Assembly: GCA_000826855.1 (NCBI GenBank)
Contig: JTLS01000042.1
Coordinates: 1-38,236, forward strand
DNA: 38,236 nt
Origin: Basidioascus undulatus
Lineage: Eukaryota
Direction of reading: 5' to 3'
The position numbers were made by a program, and so were the translations under genes. Positions 12,901 through 24,625 of the stretch are shown one piece after another (position 1 is the stretch's first letter; every line of letters starts with the position of its first letter). Below the pieces are notes generated by a model. That model did no database searches and was not told the origin of the DNA. It saw nothing but the letters and a program-made list of their open reading frames with translations.

Positions 12901-13950
12901 CACTACTCTCTCGCTTTCCCCCCATCTCCTCTTCACCCCAATCATCCCTAATGCGTGTTCTCATTCAAACTCCAGCTCCACGGAGCTTCCACTAACATGT
13001 ACCACTGCGCACGTACGGAGCCACCTTTCTACTGATCACCAGTCCCTCAAAGCAAGCACGCCCAACGACTCGCGCCCTTTTGTGAAGTTATAAAGATGTA
13101 CCAGATCTGGGCGACCAAAGTCTCTGTCCTTTACTCCCGCACCTTTGCTCTCCGGATCATACGGCCGTTGTCCTTCAAGCGCTCATTGTAGCCCAAGCGC
13201 TCGAGCTTTCTGCACTCTCCGCCTTCGACTTTCTATAGCCATAGCTCACTCAAGATTTCAGCCCTGTTGCTACAGCGGCCCTGTAGATACTTCCCCGCGC
13301 ACCACCCTCCAGGGAGACACCCGCCCACCCGCAGGCTGCTCACTAGCAAACCACTCACGTACAGAGCGACTAGTCCAAACCGCTCTTCCAAAGTTCCTCT
13401 AAGCTCTCCAAACCGTCAGAGCCAACTGAGTATTCTCTCAAATCTCTCGCGCCCATGTATTCTCCAGACCGGACTGTCTACTTACTTTGACTGCAAGGGT
13501 CTTACCGAGACGACCGATCCGTTCCTTCAGCGAGCGGGCGTGCCTGTATCGGGCCGGTGCAGTTTCGCATACTTGCTAGAATGCGCATCACGCATTCGAT
13601 TTCAAGACGCATGGTCCACGGACTGACTACACTTCTACATCCTGCCTGGTTGGGCACAGCCCGAATGGCAGTAGGTAGTTATGGGCAAGCAAGAAGAAAA
13701 CGACGAAACCACGAGAGTTTAGCAGTTGCTCGAAATGAAACATGTACATGCGTACCTGTCGTCTCGTCCCACATCTCGCAACGCCTGCAGCACACGCGCG
13801 TCGACAGAAGGGGACCAAGGTTGTTTCTTAAAGAGCGAAACAATCCAATAAGGGGTATGCCCTACATCATTCCACCAATTTCCCCGACCCAAAACCCCAT
13901 GCACCGTGCGCCGAAGCAGTCAACCCCCCGCTCCCTGCCCTCCGCTCCCG

Positions 13951-15027
13951 TCAGATCGGCCACACGCACCCCGGACACTCCGCCGTCAACCCCTTCCACT
14001 CCTCCATCTCCCGCGGGTCATCATGGTACGTGGGCAAAACCACGAGCTCCTCATCCACCTCGTCCTCATCCCCCTCGTCCTCATCCTCCTCCTCGTCTTC
14101 CACCCACTTCCTCTTCCATTTCCTTTTCCCCTTTTCCTTCCCCATCTCCCTCGCCTTCCTCCTCTCCCTCATTTCCCTTCTCGCAAGCTCCCTCCCTTCC
14201 CTCTCCTCCCTTCCCCTCCACCCCTCGCACTCCCCTTCCCACCCCCGCGGCATCCAACTGACCTCCGCGCTCATCGTCTCATGGACTATCCTCCGGGCCC
14301 TCAGCACCTCCCTGACGTTCCCAGAAATCCCGTACTGGACGAGGCACTTGTCCGGGGCGGGTTCGAGCCCCCGCCCTGGCTTGGGCGCGGGGACGTGTGC
14401 GGAGCCGCGCCGGATGGGCCTGCGCGCGGCGGCGAGGAGCGCGGGGGGGAGGATGGAGGGCGAAGGGGAGGGCTCAGGCATGCGGACGGGCGCGGAGGGT
14501 GGGCCGAGAGGGGACTGCGAGGGCCGCAGTGCTTTCGGCGTCGTTTGTGAGTCGGCGGAGTCGTGCCGCGCTGGGGGGGAGGTCTTTGGAGGGGGTAGGT
14601 GTGGTTGTGGAGGGAGGGGACGCGGCGGAGGAGCGGGATGCTGAGAGGAGGGGGAAGTCGCGATTGTCGGGGGCGGGGGTGATGCGCGTGTAGGGGCGCC
14701 AGGCGAGGGGATCTCAAGGGAGAGCGGTCTGGGAGGGACAGGGGGCGGAGGGAGTGGTCTGGGGCTCGGGTGTGGGGCCTTCCGAGGCTGCGCAGGCTGG
14801 ACACAGAAACCCATCCACTTCTTGAGTTCGGCAAATGGAAGAGAAGAATGGTGGACAAGACGCACCTGAAGCGCCTGCCCTGCCCCGTCTTCCAACACCC
14901 AGAACGTCCGCCCCGTCCGCACATCGGCCCAGTACCGCCGCCCCTCTGGCGTCGCGTGCTGCGTCCAGTACGACTCGTCCATCCCCTTGTCTTTTGCCTT
15001 GGAGCCCTGCGGCTGCGTATCAGTCAT
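13951..15027 (-). CDS. WW-domain protein with Pro-rich linker and basic/acidic C-terminal tail
   Basis: WTQHATPEGRRYWADVRTGRTFW fits the WW pattern (W..x..GR.YY/W.....T.W). Probable in-frame 69-nt intron 14797-14865 (GTGCGT..CAG). GC-rich coding-like sequence within lower-GC flanks. Confidence 0.72.
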   Translation of the reverse strand: MTDTQPQGSKAKDKGMDESYWTQHATPEGRRYWADVRTGRTFWVLEDGAGQALQVRLVHHSSLPFAELKKWMGFCVQPAQPRKAPHPSPRPLPPPPVPPRPLSLEIPSPGAPTRASPPPPTIATSPSSQHPAPPPRPLPPQPHLPPPKTSPPARHDSADSQTTPKALRPSQSPLGPPSAPVRMPEPSPSPSILPPALLAAARRPIRRGSAHVPAPKPGRGLEPAPDKCLVQYGISGNVREVLRARRIVHETMSAEVSWMPRGWEGECEGWRGREEREGRELARREMRERRKAREMGKEKGKRKWKRKWVEDEEEDEDEGDEDEVDEELVVLPTYHDDPREMEEWKGLTAECPGCVWPI

Positions 15028-15232
15028 GCTGGTTTGGCGGGGCTGAGCCGGCTGGGAGCTTACTCGTCGGTCGTTAGATCGTGCTCGCTATCGTGAGTCG
15101 TGTAAGAGTCGTGAGGACCAAATGCCAAGGATGAGAGAGGAAACGATGAGGAGGATCGTCGCGGAGTTGGGAGCTGGGAGCAGAGCAGGCGGTGCAGCGA
15201 GCGCACAAACGTCGGTCAGAAGTCACGGATGC

Positions 15233-15240
15233 TGACGTCA
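15233..15240. promoter_or_regulatory. CRE/ATF palindrome TGACGTCA about 200 bp upstream of the WW gene
   Basis: Exact TGACGTCA followed by an extra CGTCA half-site. Function not shown. Confidence 0.25.
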
Positions 15241-15314
15241 CGTCACTGAGAGCATGTCGCACTTTGGCGACTGACAGGCTCTTATCGGGTCGCGCTGCAT
15301 TTGGGCTTGCTGCA

Positions 15315-15613
15315 AGCGAGAAGTACCTTGAAAATCAAGCTAAACGTGAAGATAGATGTACAACTGCTCTTATGAGCTGGTCACAGGAGGAAATTGGTTA
15401 GTGGGGGTCAGCGCAGGAAACTGCTCAAGCCGCTGCGACTCGCAGCAACCACTGTGACTTGACGAACGGCTCATTATTTGTTGTTCCAACGTTCTGAGAG
15501 AGATAAGTGGGGTAGAAGTAATGCCCAATGCCCCTCCACTATAATGTCGACAAAGCCTGGCGAGAACTTGCCCGGCGCCGGCAACAGCAGGGTTCTTCCC
15601 ATTTGAACGTTAC
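15315..15613 (+). pseudogene. Relic copy A of an unknown duplicated gene
   Basis: Collinear similarity to 17209-17446: SEKYLENQA, ggtcagcgcagg, WRELA...SHLNVT; in-frame stops. Confidence 0.55.
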
Positions 15614-15850
15614 GCTTGACTTTCTCCTGTGTGTTCAAAATATGCGATTCTGACCACTAGGCCAAAAAACATCCCGTAAAGTCTCAAAGAACACACCAGC
15701 ACTTCAGGAGAAGTCAAACAAGGCTTGTATGAATTCGGCACGGCGATGAAGTTTCAGTGCAGCATCAGGCATGTCGATTCACATATTCAACAGAGAGAGT
15801 AGGGCACAAAGCTAAAACGTTTAACAGGGGAAGGAGAACATAATGACAAT

Positions 15851-15950
15851 TTGTGTGTGTGTGAGTTGTGTGTGAGTTGTTTGTGCGTTGTGCGTGTAGG
15901 TGTGTCATGTGGGTGTAAGGTGTGAGCGTTAGGTGTATGTGATTTGTGTT
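15851..15950. repeat. Degenerate (TG)n microsatellite / TG-rich tract
   Basis: ttgtgtgtgtgtgagttgtgtgtgagttgtttgtgcgttgtgcgtgtaggtgtgtc... Confidence 0.8.
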
Positions 15951-17208
15951 CCCCTGTTCTTCTGGGTGGTGGTTGCGATTGTGGTCTTGTCCATACTTCT
16001 GGGTAGAACGGAGGGATGCGAAACCGACACTATACTGCGCAACGAGCGGTCGGCGACGGATCGTAAAAGCACGCCCACGCAGCGAAAGGAGACGCTGAAC
16101 AATTGGTGACGTCTTGACTACCTTCTCAAAGTGCTCCCTTACAGTTTAGAGAAGCCCAGGGCCGGGGTAAAGGGCCGTGTACGGCTGGAGGCGCGCATCA
16201 GTAAGGCGGACCTTAAAGCTTCAAGATACCTTTGGCCCAAAGGGTTGCTCTGCCCGCAGGACAATCTTGCCGTGTTTATTCAGGAGGACCTGCTCCGTGA
16301 TTTTGGCCAAGAAATTCCCACCGTCGAAATCGACGGTGTACCCGACGGACGCAAAAGCGACAAATACCGAATGGCCGCTGCAGCGTCGCTGCGTCTTCAG
16401 TCACACGGGCTTATCGCTTTTGGTTCGCAGTGTTGAGAACTCACTCACTAGGGGCTAATCTGGTGGTTCCAGTACATGAAAACGACCTCTTGCCTGTCGT
16501 GTAGTTCGGCCCTTGGAATTTGAACTCGATGTTCTTGTGGCCGGTCTGTGGTTGTCCGCTTTCAGCTCGCTCCTCTCGACCGTACTACAACCAATGAAAC
16601 TACTTACGGAATTTAGGTTGACTTGAATAAACTTCCCCGCCCTCAGTTCATCATCGGGACTGGTGAACTGGACCTGAACGCACAACAGGAGCGCTTGTAT
16701 CGTTGGCCCGTCCAGCGGCTCGGTCGTGCCAGGGAGGACTGCAAGAACGCAAACTATCGCACTGAGCCATGGACATAAAGCATATATGGAGTGATAATGA
16801 GCCTACCGAGATGGTTCAGCGATTGGTTGGACATGGACAGAGAAAGAGACAGAGAGATCGGAGGATGTGTGGAGAAGCTGTCCGTGGTAGACTGTGAGCT
16901 GGATGTTCAGGGGGGACAGATATCGACATCACCAGGAAGGGTGGTGCTTTTGTATTTTCCGCGGTTCAGAGCGGGGCGTCGGTTCGGGACCGCTCTTGGA
17001 TGAATCCCTCCCCCGTCAAGAGATCCCGAAGCCCGCCTGCCCATAATGCGGGTCAGATGTTTTTCTGTGATTGTGATTCTCTTCCAATCACTTGGTAATA
17101 CATTTACATGGAAATACCCTGGGTTTCTGTAGGGAACGAAATGGGACGGCGTGCAGACGTTGGAAGCGCACGAAAGAAGAGGAAGGACCGACCGCAGTGG
17201 GCTCTGAA

Positions 17209-17446
17209 AGTGAGAGGTATCTCGAAAATCAGGCCTACACATATGTGGACCTCTTTTATGAAGTGAATCGGGCAGAAAAAGAGGTCGGTTGTAGGTCAGC
17301 GCAGGCGGAGCTCGTTCACCGTGTGAAACCTTATAATGAACGGCGCATAACCAGTGAGTTTTCAACAAACCTCGAAAGGTTATGAGATGTAAGTGACATG
17401 AGTTAGCAAGTACAGAAAGATCCGACTCGGACCATTTGAACGTTAC
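17209..17446 (+). pseudogene. Relic copy B of an unknown duplicated gene
   Basis: SERYLENQA, ggtcagcgcagg, *HELA...DHLNVT; collinear with 15315-15613. Confidence 0.55.
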
Positions 17447-19146
17447 TTGTAATGGTACGATGCCGGTGTTGCCTATATTACCAATTCTAGCCTGACAGAT
17501 CCGAGTATGAGGCCTTCAACGTGCTCCGCAGGACCATTGCAACATACCCAACACCATATTTTCAATCCGATGTGGCAGTAATCTCAGCCATTATATAGTT
17601 GGAGCTTCTTTTAATGGCCAGTAAGGAACTGAGCAAAGATTGCAGTGCCCGAAAGCAGATGAACCAGGTCCGCTAACCATCCTGCCTGGCGTTCTCGTTC
17701 CCGCACTCGGACCTCTAACGATGAATGAAGAGAAAGTCGAGATCCTTCGACATCTTGGAGATTGCTTGACTATATGAAGGAGCATTCGTAAACCTCAATA
17801 GGTTGGCAGAGTCGTTGAAGCATTCGACCGGACACCAACTCTTCCCATGTCAGACGACTTGCCTCGCCGCATTAATGTCTGCTCACTCCCAACTTTCTCA
17901 GCGGCATACGACACTTATGAATATTTTCTAATACCTTTAACCTTCCAAACTTGCTCATTGTCCGATCCAAGCTCAGATTGAGGAGCGGACGACGGCCGTG
18001 AACAGGGGCCTATTGGGCGATGGAAAGGATCATGTTGCTGAGAGGAAGCAGAGAAGCTTGCCCTTTATACAGAATGAATATCACAATCATGTTTTATGAC
18101 TGACATGAACCGAACAGAGACAGAAAAACGTCTACTGAACAGCCTCTCGTTCGACAATGAACACGAGCAGCATGCGTGTGTACATGCGAGGGTGTATGAA
18201 CTGAGTTATCAGGTGACTATGCCGTGTTTTGGTCTGTTCCTATGCCTGGTTGCATTTCGTCCTTCGCTTGTGGCCCGGTACGTCTAGGCTAGTCTGCGGA
18301 AGGAAGTGTCAGCGCCAGCCTGCAACCAACAGGCATAGTGGCCTTTGCAATGGGCCATCGGCAGATAGTAAAGTCACAAGACCTCACCGTTAACCATGGA
18401 CAGAATAGGGATGCAATGACTATTTATTCTGCTACAATACATAAAATCACCGCATTTCGGCTCTTCAGCTCCGCATTTTGGAAACAGAACTCCAAGTTCC
18501 CCAACTGCGGCAGTGATCAGCTGGTTCACGCCCCGAAGCATGCATAGTTTGCCACACTCACATAATTTACATTCACATATGTAATAACTCCCACGTGAAC
18601 CATGCCGTAAGCCTCTGTGAACTGGACCTTCAGGCCGATCAGCGCCCGCAGCACTTCAACATCGAGCTGCACGACGGCGAGCAGCTGGTCTGGAGAGCTG
18701 AAACTCATCAGCTCGAGCTAATCAAACATCATAGCGACTTTGGAACTGGACGTACGGTGTGCGTTGATCGGATGGTTCGACATGAACAGAGACTAAGCAA
18801 GCGAACGGTGGGTGAAGAAGGGGTCGTTTGGTGAAGTCGAGCGGGCCGATGAAAGTTCTAATGGATGGCGATGAACAATTTTCGGAGTGAACAGGCATTT
18901 ATAGGCTCTGGATGTGAGGCAACCCGGGCGGGGATTGGCCTGGGATCAGATGTCCCTCTCGTGTCAGCTAAAGAAACAGCCCTGTTCCTACGACTGTGAC
19001 GGATTTAAGATACGGTCATGGGCCGGGATGATTGGTAGGTCTAAATGCAGGCAAGATGATGATTCCCTACGGTTTCTGAGGACACAACCGTGGGACTGCC
19101 TCAAGCGTACACGGAGGAGCACCAGGAAGCACAGAGATCGCGAAAG

Positions 19147-19340
19147 ACATGCCGCATTGCTTCCAGCTGGAAGATCACTCAGCTCCTCCGAGTCTATTCT
19201 CCACTACCGCATTCCAGCATAATGTAATTGAAAACTTTGACATCCAGGCAACACACCTGCAGTACTGCGGCCGGGTTGCGGAGGGTTGGGTTCTGCACGG
19301 GGTGCTGCAGGGCGCGGATGGAAGGCCTGAAGGCCTGCCC
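19147..19340 (+). pseudogene. Possible degenerate MYND-type zinc finger
   Basis: Allowing frameshifts it reads C-x-H-C ... LQYCGR ... RVGFC ... QGAD/WKA..KAC, resembling MYND CxxC...LxxCxxC..V.YC...CQ..DW..HK..C. Several edits are needed. Confidence 0.3.
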
Positions 19341-20804
19341 TGCTTCTCGCAGCCTCCACACTAGGGCGTTTAGTCTACTATATTTTCCCCGCGTGCTCCC
19401 TTCGGTGCGCATGTACGGACGAGTATGCTAATGTGTGAGGGAACCCCGTCCGCTCCCACAAGGCCGAACGAGTGCAAGAAGGCATTGGGGCGTGAGAGGT
19501 GCACTGGTCCAGGGGTATTGTAAGATACTTGAGTTTTCTTGTCCTCAGAAGAGGGCGACTGAGTTGAGTTAAAAGTGCGAGGTGGCGTTGCCGCAATGCT
19601 TTCGTCTAAGGAGTTGCGCTCGAACGCACTCGATTGACCCGGTTCAGGAACCTCAGCGGAAGGTACCGTGGATAGAAAGAAAATATTAGGGACAGTGTTT
19701 ATGTAAGCTATGCCTCATCGCTTTCCGAGCAAATAATATGCACGCCGCGAGTGCGTCCACCCAGATGCTCGATGTTCTCTGTGAGAAGCGCCGCCTGTCC
19801 AGTATTCCTGTCTCTCCACTCTTCTTTGCGAGGTACCCGCACTTTAAGTTGTAGATTACTCTAACAAAATTCCCAAATCTATTCCGGAAAGCGTCCGTTG
19901 GCTGGCATTGTGGAGACGACTGGCGCAACAGTGAGGAGGCGAGTCTGAGACTCCGAGTCTGAATGCCTCTGATAGTCTGCGGTACTACTTGCGGCAGGGG
20001 AATATGCTGCTTCCACTGGCATGCGCTCATTTAAAGGCCTATTCGACACCTCTCCGCACTCTCTTTCTCATTTCTTTCCCTTCTGTTCTCCTCCCTTACC
20101 GTGCTCTTGCCACACCACCTTCTGTCGTCGCGCCATCTCTCCTCGATATCCACATACTCCCCAGTCGCTCTCCCCACACATTATAGCCGCCGGAGTTGAG
20201 TCTGAATTCCTCGATCTGTGGGGTTTTGACCTGGCGTTGCATGACCGGTCGAACGCCGCCGGCACATGCCATGTGTAAACCCGAGTGTCTCGTCTTAAGA
20301 AGGAGAGGCGACAAGGTTGATGACCCGCAGATGAGAGCATGCCGGCTTCGATGTGCGGGCGGTCGGACCATGCAGAGGCCCGATTTCCCGAAGGACCTTT
20401 GCTGGCTGATATCCACTTTTACAGAGGGGATGATTAAGACTTGACATACTTGCAAGATGACGAGTTGCAGCGACGGGCTGGTGAGATTCTCTCTCTTTCG
20501 CTGTTCTGAGAGGGACTCTGGATTTTGAAGGCTGCGGTTTGCTGTCCAGCGACGTGGTACGGGTGGGAAGGGTGTGAATGGGGGAGGGGACGAGGCCTCG
20601 TATATGAGTTGCAGGTGACGATGGGGGGAGGAGGAGCGGCGCCTGATTCCCAAGGGTCTTCGTCTATTTTGAAGTTTTTTACACTTTGAAAGTGTCTTAA
20701 AAGCCATAGGTAGTGCAGCTCAGACGACTTGGTGCGACGCACGGAGCGTTTGTGGTCGGCGCTCTTAAAGGACACCATAACAATCTTTCCCGCCTTCATT
20801 CATC

Positions 20805-21790
20805 ATGCCTGACGATGAGGATCACAACCTTCTTCTTGCTTCCACACTCGACGGGCAAAGAGCGTATCGGTTCCAACGTCTTGCTCTCTCTACCGCCGCC
20901 TGCGCCTTACGACCTCTACGTCTCGGAATTGACCATCGACGCTCCGCCTCCTCGACAACAGTTGGTTCTGTGCCAACTACGAGCTTTTCCACGCGTTGGC
21001 AAAAGGTGGACTTCGAGGATAGGCGGGCCCATCATCCAGGATGTCGATGCCATATGTCGAAGTGGGGAGACTGGGGCCATGTGCGTGCTTGAATTCTCAT
21101 CCCTTCTTGAATGTGTTCAGCACGTGACCTTACTTGAATGTCATAATAACATGGGAGGGTCCGGGTCCGGGAAGACAACGCTTCTGAATGTGTGTGTTAG
21201 GGAAAGAGCGTACCCGCAGCTCTGACTTTCTAACTTTCTACGTGTGATGCAGAGTATGTGTATTGCGGTCGCTTCGGTCGTCGAGGCAGGCCGTCGGATC
21301 TTGCAATGCGGAAGTATTGCCTGCTGAGCAAGCGAGTGGGATAGTCGACCGGCGTCGGCATCTCGTTTGTGTCCACAGCGCTGTCGGTCAAGTTTCTCGC
21401 GTGCAAGACCAGTCAGTTCTTTCTCGTGTTGTACTTTGACACTTTTGAATGTATTGAGACCTCTCAATTGTCAAGCATGCTCTCGGTCGACATGGCTCAG
21501 CGACGTTACGTGTGGCACGATGACCAAGGTGCGAAACGATGCATCTCTCTTTCCAAGCGCTGCAGCTCATCGGCTTCCACGATCCCAGCTGGAGGTCCGG
21601 ATACAGTTCATCAACGAGGCAGTACGTCACTCTCTCCACAGCTGTCACCTCAAAGGTCCGTGAAGGCTCAGACCAATGCTTGTCGCAGATGGGGCTCGAG
21701 TTCAACTGCACGAAACAAGACATCTCCGATGGGTCCTGGGCGTCTCTTTCTCGCGATATATGTACTGGTGGATGAGTGCTAATCCCTCCC
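20805..21790 (+). pseudogene. Truncated, degenerate ABCG-type (YOL075c-like) ABC transporter, N-terminal NBD only
   Basis: LSLPPPAPYDLYVSELTI...IIQDVDAICRSGE..AIMGGSGSGKTTLLN (Walker A at 21154-21180), with downstream scraps AAAHRLP and DQCLSQMGL. The intron 21081-21149 ends in TAA instead of TAG. Stops and frameshifts follow; no ABC signature, Walker B or TM domain seen. Confidence 0.72.
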
Positions 21791-22556
21791 TTTAAGAGAT
21801 CGCAACCGACGGGCAGCAGCTCCTAGATCTCGTGTAAGTTCAAGACACCCGTGTGACCGGTTCTGCTACATCCTTTTCGGGCTCATCGTTGCAAGCACCT
21901 CCTGTTGCGTTACAGTTATAATTTGCGAAAAGGGTCGCTGATAATTGAATGCTGAATATTGCAAGGTATCGCCTGTGCGAGCTGGCGGCGCTTTCGCTGA
22001 AGGTGCGGAAGATGTGGGGGAGCACGGGCACGGGGCTGGCGGGAGGATGAGCGTCTGTGTTATACTTCTTTGTGGACACTTCAATTATATGGTAGAAATG
22101 TCGATATTCTGGACGTAGTCAGGTTCTTGGGGAAGGCTGCGGCACGACAAAGCGTCTGCTACCCTCGAGGCTCGCGTAGGACATTGACCGACCAGGTTGC
22201 TAGCAGAGGCGTGTCGGACAGAGATTTGTGGGCTGCGAAGCCGATTGGAAATACTCCCATTCGTCCATCTGGAGATCGAAAAACAACACGAGTACGCCAC
22301 GCCGCACAGGCGTCTCGAGATGCGATAGTGATGCGCGCTTGAAGAAGGTGCAGTGACCAAGATTGAGGCGCATGTCGACAACAATTTCGATCGAAAGTCA
22401 GTAGATCCTCGCATGAGACGAACAGGCTCCCACCCAAACGCGACCACGCCACCGAAGCCGCAGCGAGCCTGAGCCGCACAACAACCCAAACGCGAACCGC
22501 CGGTCCTTCATCATCTCAGCAAGTCGATCGGTCCAACGACGTCCCCCACAGTCCCT

Positions 22557-23362
22557 TCATGCCTTCCCGCCCGCCTGCTCATTCTCCTTCTCCTTGGCCA
22601 GGATGTCCACGACGGTCTGGACCTTCTCTGCGTTGCTGCTGGACTTGTCCGTGCGCGTGCCGATGCGGATGTCGGTGGCGATCCTGCGTCGCCCGCCCAG
22701 TTTTGCCGAATTTAGCCTCCGGGGCAGGCTCAAGTAGAGTTGAAGGGTTGAAGGATACCTTTGGCAGCCCATCGCGTGCACGGCCTGTGACGGGGAAGTC
22801 AGTTGGCGATGCGTGTCACCGAGCGGAAGACGCACAGCATGGGAATCCCGAATGGCTGCCATGACCTTATCCCATGGACCCTCGATATTGGTGCCATCTA
22901 TCATGCAACCGTGCGAATCAGCCCAGCCCATCTGTCGCCCCCACGCCCCCCCTCACGTACAGCCGTGGAGCTGCGCCCCAGCGTCAGCGATAATGCTTCC
23001 GAGAATTCTTGCGGCAATTCGGGAAAAAACGCACAGAGTACGTGAGCCCGCTCCGCTCCAGAACGCGTTGCACCTCCGCGATCTCCGCCCCTACGCTGGG
23101 CTTCGGGAGGCCCATGGCTGTCCCAGATCCATCCCTTCATTAGCAAATAGCCGCCTTCGCAATAGCGTAGATTAGGACTGACGAATCAAGCAGAAGTCTG
23201 GATTTCATTACAGAGATCCAGGTAGACGTTCAGTCAGTCTCACACGCACGAATCGATCGAAGGGGAGGCAGGCGGACCGGCTACGGCCATGAGTTCGCCC
23301 GCGGGGTTGGGGTGAGCTTCGATAGGCGTCGACGATGTCGGAGGGAGGTCAGAGTTCGACAT
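22557..23362 (-). CDS. ECM15: UPF0045/DUF77 thiamine-binding protein family (Ecm15/YqgV-like); 7 exons
   Basis: Spliced: MSNSDLPP...MAVADFCLIPMGLPKPSVGAEIAEVQRVLERSGLTYSLHGYGTNIEGPWDKVMAAIRDSHAAVHAMGCQRIATDIRIGTRTDK...*. All introns GT-AG, including 15-nt (23183-23197) and 10-nt (22961-22970) exons. Confidence 0.9.
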
Positions 23363-23596
23363 TGCTCCTTTCGTAAGTAGATGACTGTAAGAGAGCAAGA
23401 CGAGCAAGCTCAGTTTATTTGTGCAGGAGGTGTTGGTGGAGAGGAGTCAACCGCCGCTTGTCGGCCCGAAGCGAGAAGACGCCGGCGTGCTTGCCCTATC
23501 GTGGCGAACTTAGCCTCCTTACGCTTACCACAGATTATTGACCGCTGCTTCATTGATCGCAACGAATCATATCGCATATCGGCCATCAGTTGCGGG

Positions 23597-24625
23597 ATGT
23601 CGATCCAGATCTGACGCACACGCCCGAGCAGCAAGTCCACTTCCAGCGCCTGATCACCACCAACCCCGCCCGCGTCGTCGCCGCGCTCGACCTGGGCCTG
23701 CTCAAGCCGCACATGCGGTGGGGCGACACCAACGCGGATATCTTCCCTGCGCTGGCGGCCGTGCAGGAGGCAGCGATGGAGCAGGTCGAGGGCGGCGGGC
23801 GGGCGTGGAGGGGCCTCGTTAACGCCGGCGTTGCAGAGCAGCTCTGCGAGAACATCCTGGAGATAGTTACGGCTATTCAGGCGTCGCCTTTACAAAATAC
23901 AAAAAACATGCGTCTTCTCCCTCCCGAGCGAGCCTCGTCTTCTGACCTGCGGAAACTTCCCGCCTGTTTAACCGAACTTCCTCAACATCCAGGTCCGATC
24001 TCCCTATTACGGCCCCCTTGAAGCACTCTTGCAACACCGCTTGCAACTTCGCGGATCCTGCGGTCGCGACAGACAAACATACCATCGCTGCGCTCCGCGC
24101 GAACTGGTCAGCGAGGATGAAGCGCGTGCGTCCATTCCCATCACATCTGTGGGGCTTACGCTGGTGGGAAGCTGTGCTGTGTGATAGCTGTGGGAGGAGC
24201 TCGAGAACACTCTTAAGGTGGGCGAAACCCATATCCGCAGACGCGCGGTCGGTCGTCCCGCAGCTGCTCGTTCCCATCCTCGTCACAGACCCGACTTTCA
24301 CCTCGTTCTTCGTCCCTTCTTTCTCTACAGCGTAATCTTCCTCTTTAAGGTCTCATGCGCCCCGCACTTATAATCCGCAGTGTAATCTTCGATCCCTCGG
24401 ACCTGACTATCCCTCTCCTCCTCCGGTACTGGGCGCACTCGTCCTCCAACGCAGACGCGTACATCCCCTCCTCCGTCCTCCTCGAAATCCTCTCCCCCTT
24501 GCAGCCTACATGCAGAAGAACTCGCATTCACTGGGAAAGATCCTCCTCCCGCGCATCCACCTCGGCGCCGAACCACGCGGTGGCGGTGGTTGCAGGTCGT
24601 TGGATCGTTGGCGTTGTCGTCTAGC
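23597..24625 (+). pseudogene. Frameshifted, truncated basidiomycete-type hypothetical gene (helical; possibly the N-terminal part of a MYND-finger protein family)
   Basis: Coding-like GC-rich segments with intron signals: HFQRLITTNPARVVAALD, AWRGLVNAGVAEQLCENILE, PYYGPLEAL/CNTACN, AALRANWSARMKR, VIFDPSDLTIPLLLRYW, ILLPRIHLGA. Frameshifts near 23600, 24029 and 24505. The family link is from recollection only. Confidence 0.5.

Noticed and set aside
15599..15613. PFERY read as a CACTA transposase motif (also at 17432)
   Set aside because: Flanking conservation (ELA...HLNVT) supports a different frame, and PFERY is followed by a stop in both copies.
16131..16700. Ty1/copia pol-like peptide on the minus strand (GYTVDFDGG...NKHGKIVL)
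   Set aside because: Short, with no protease, integrase or RT motifs or LTRs nearby.
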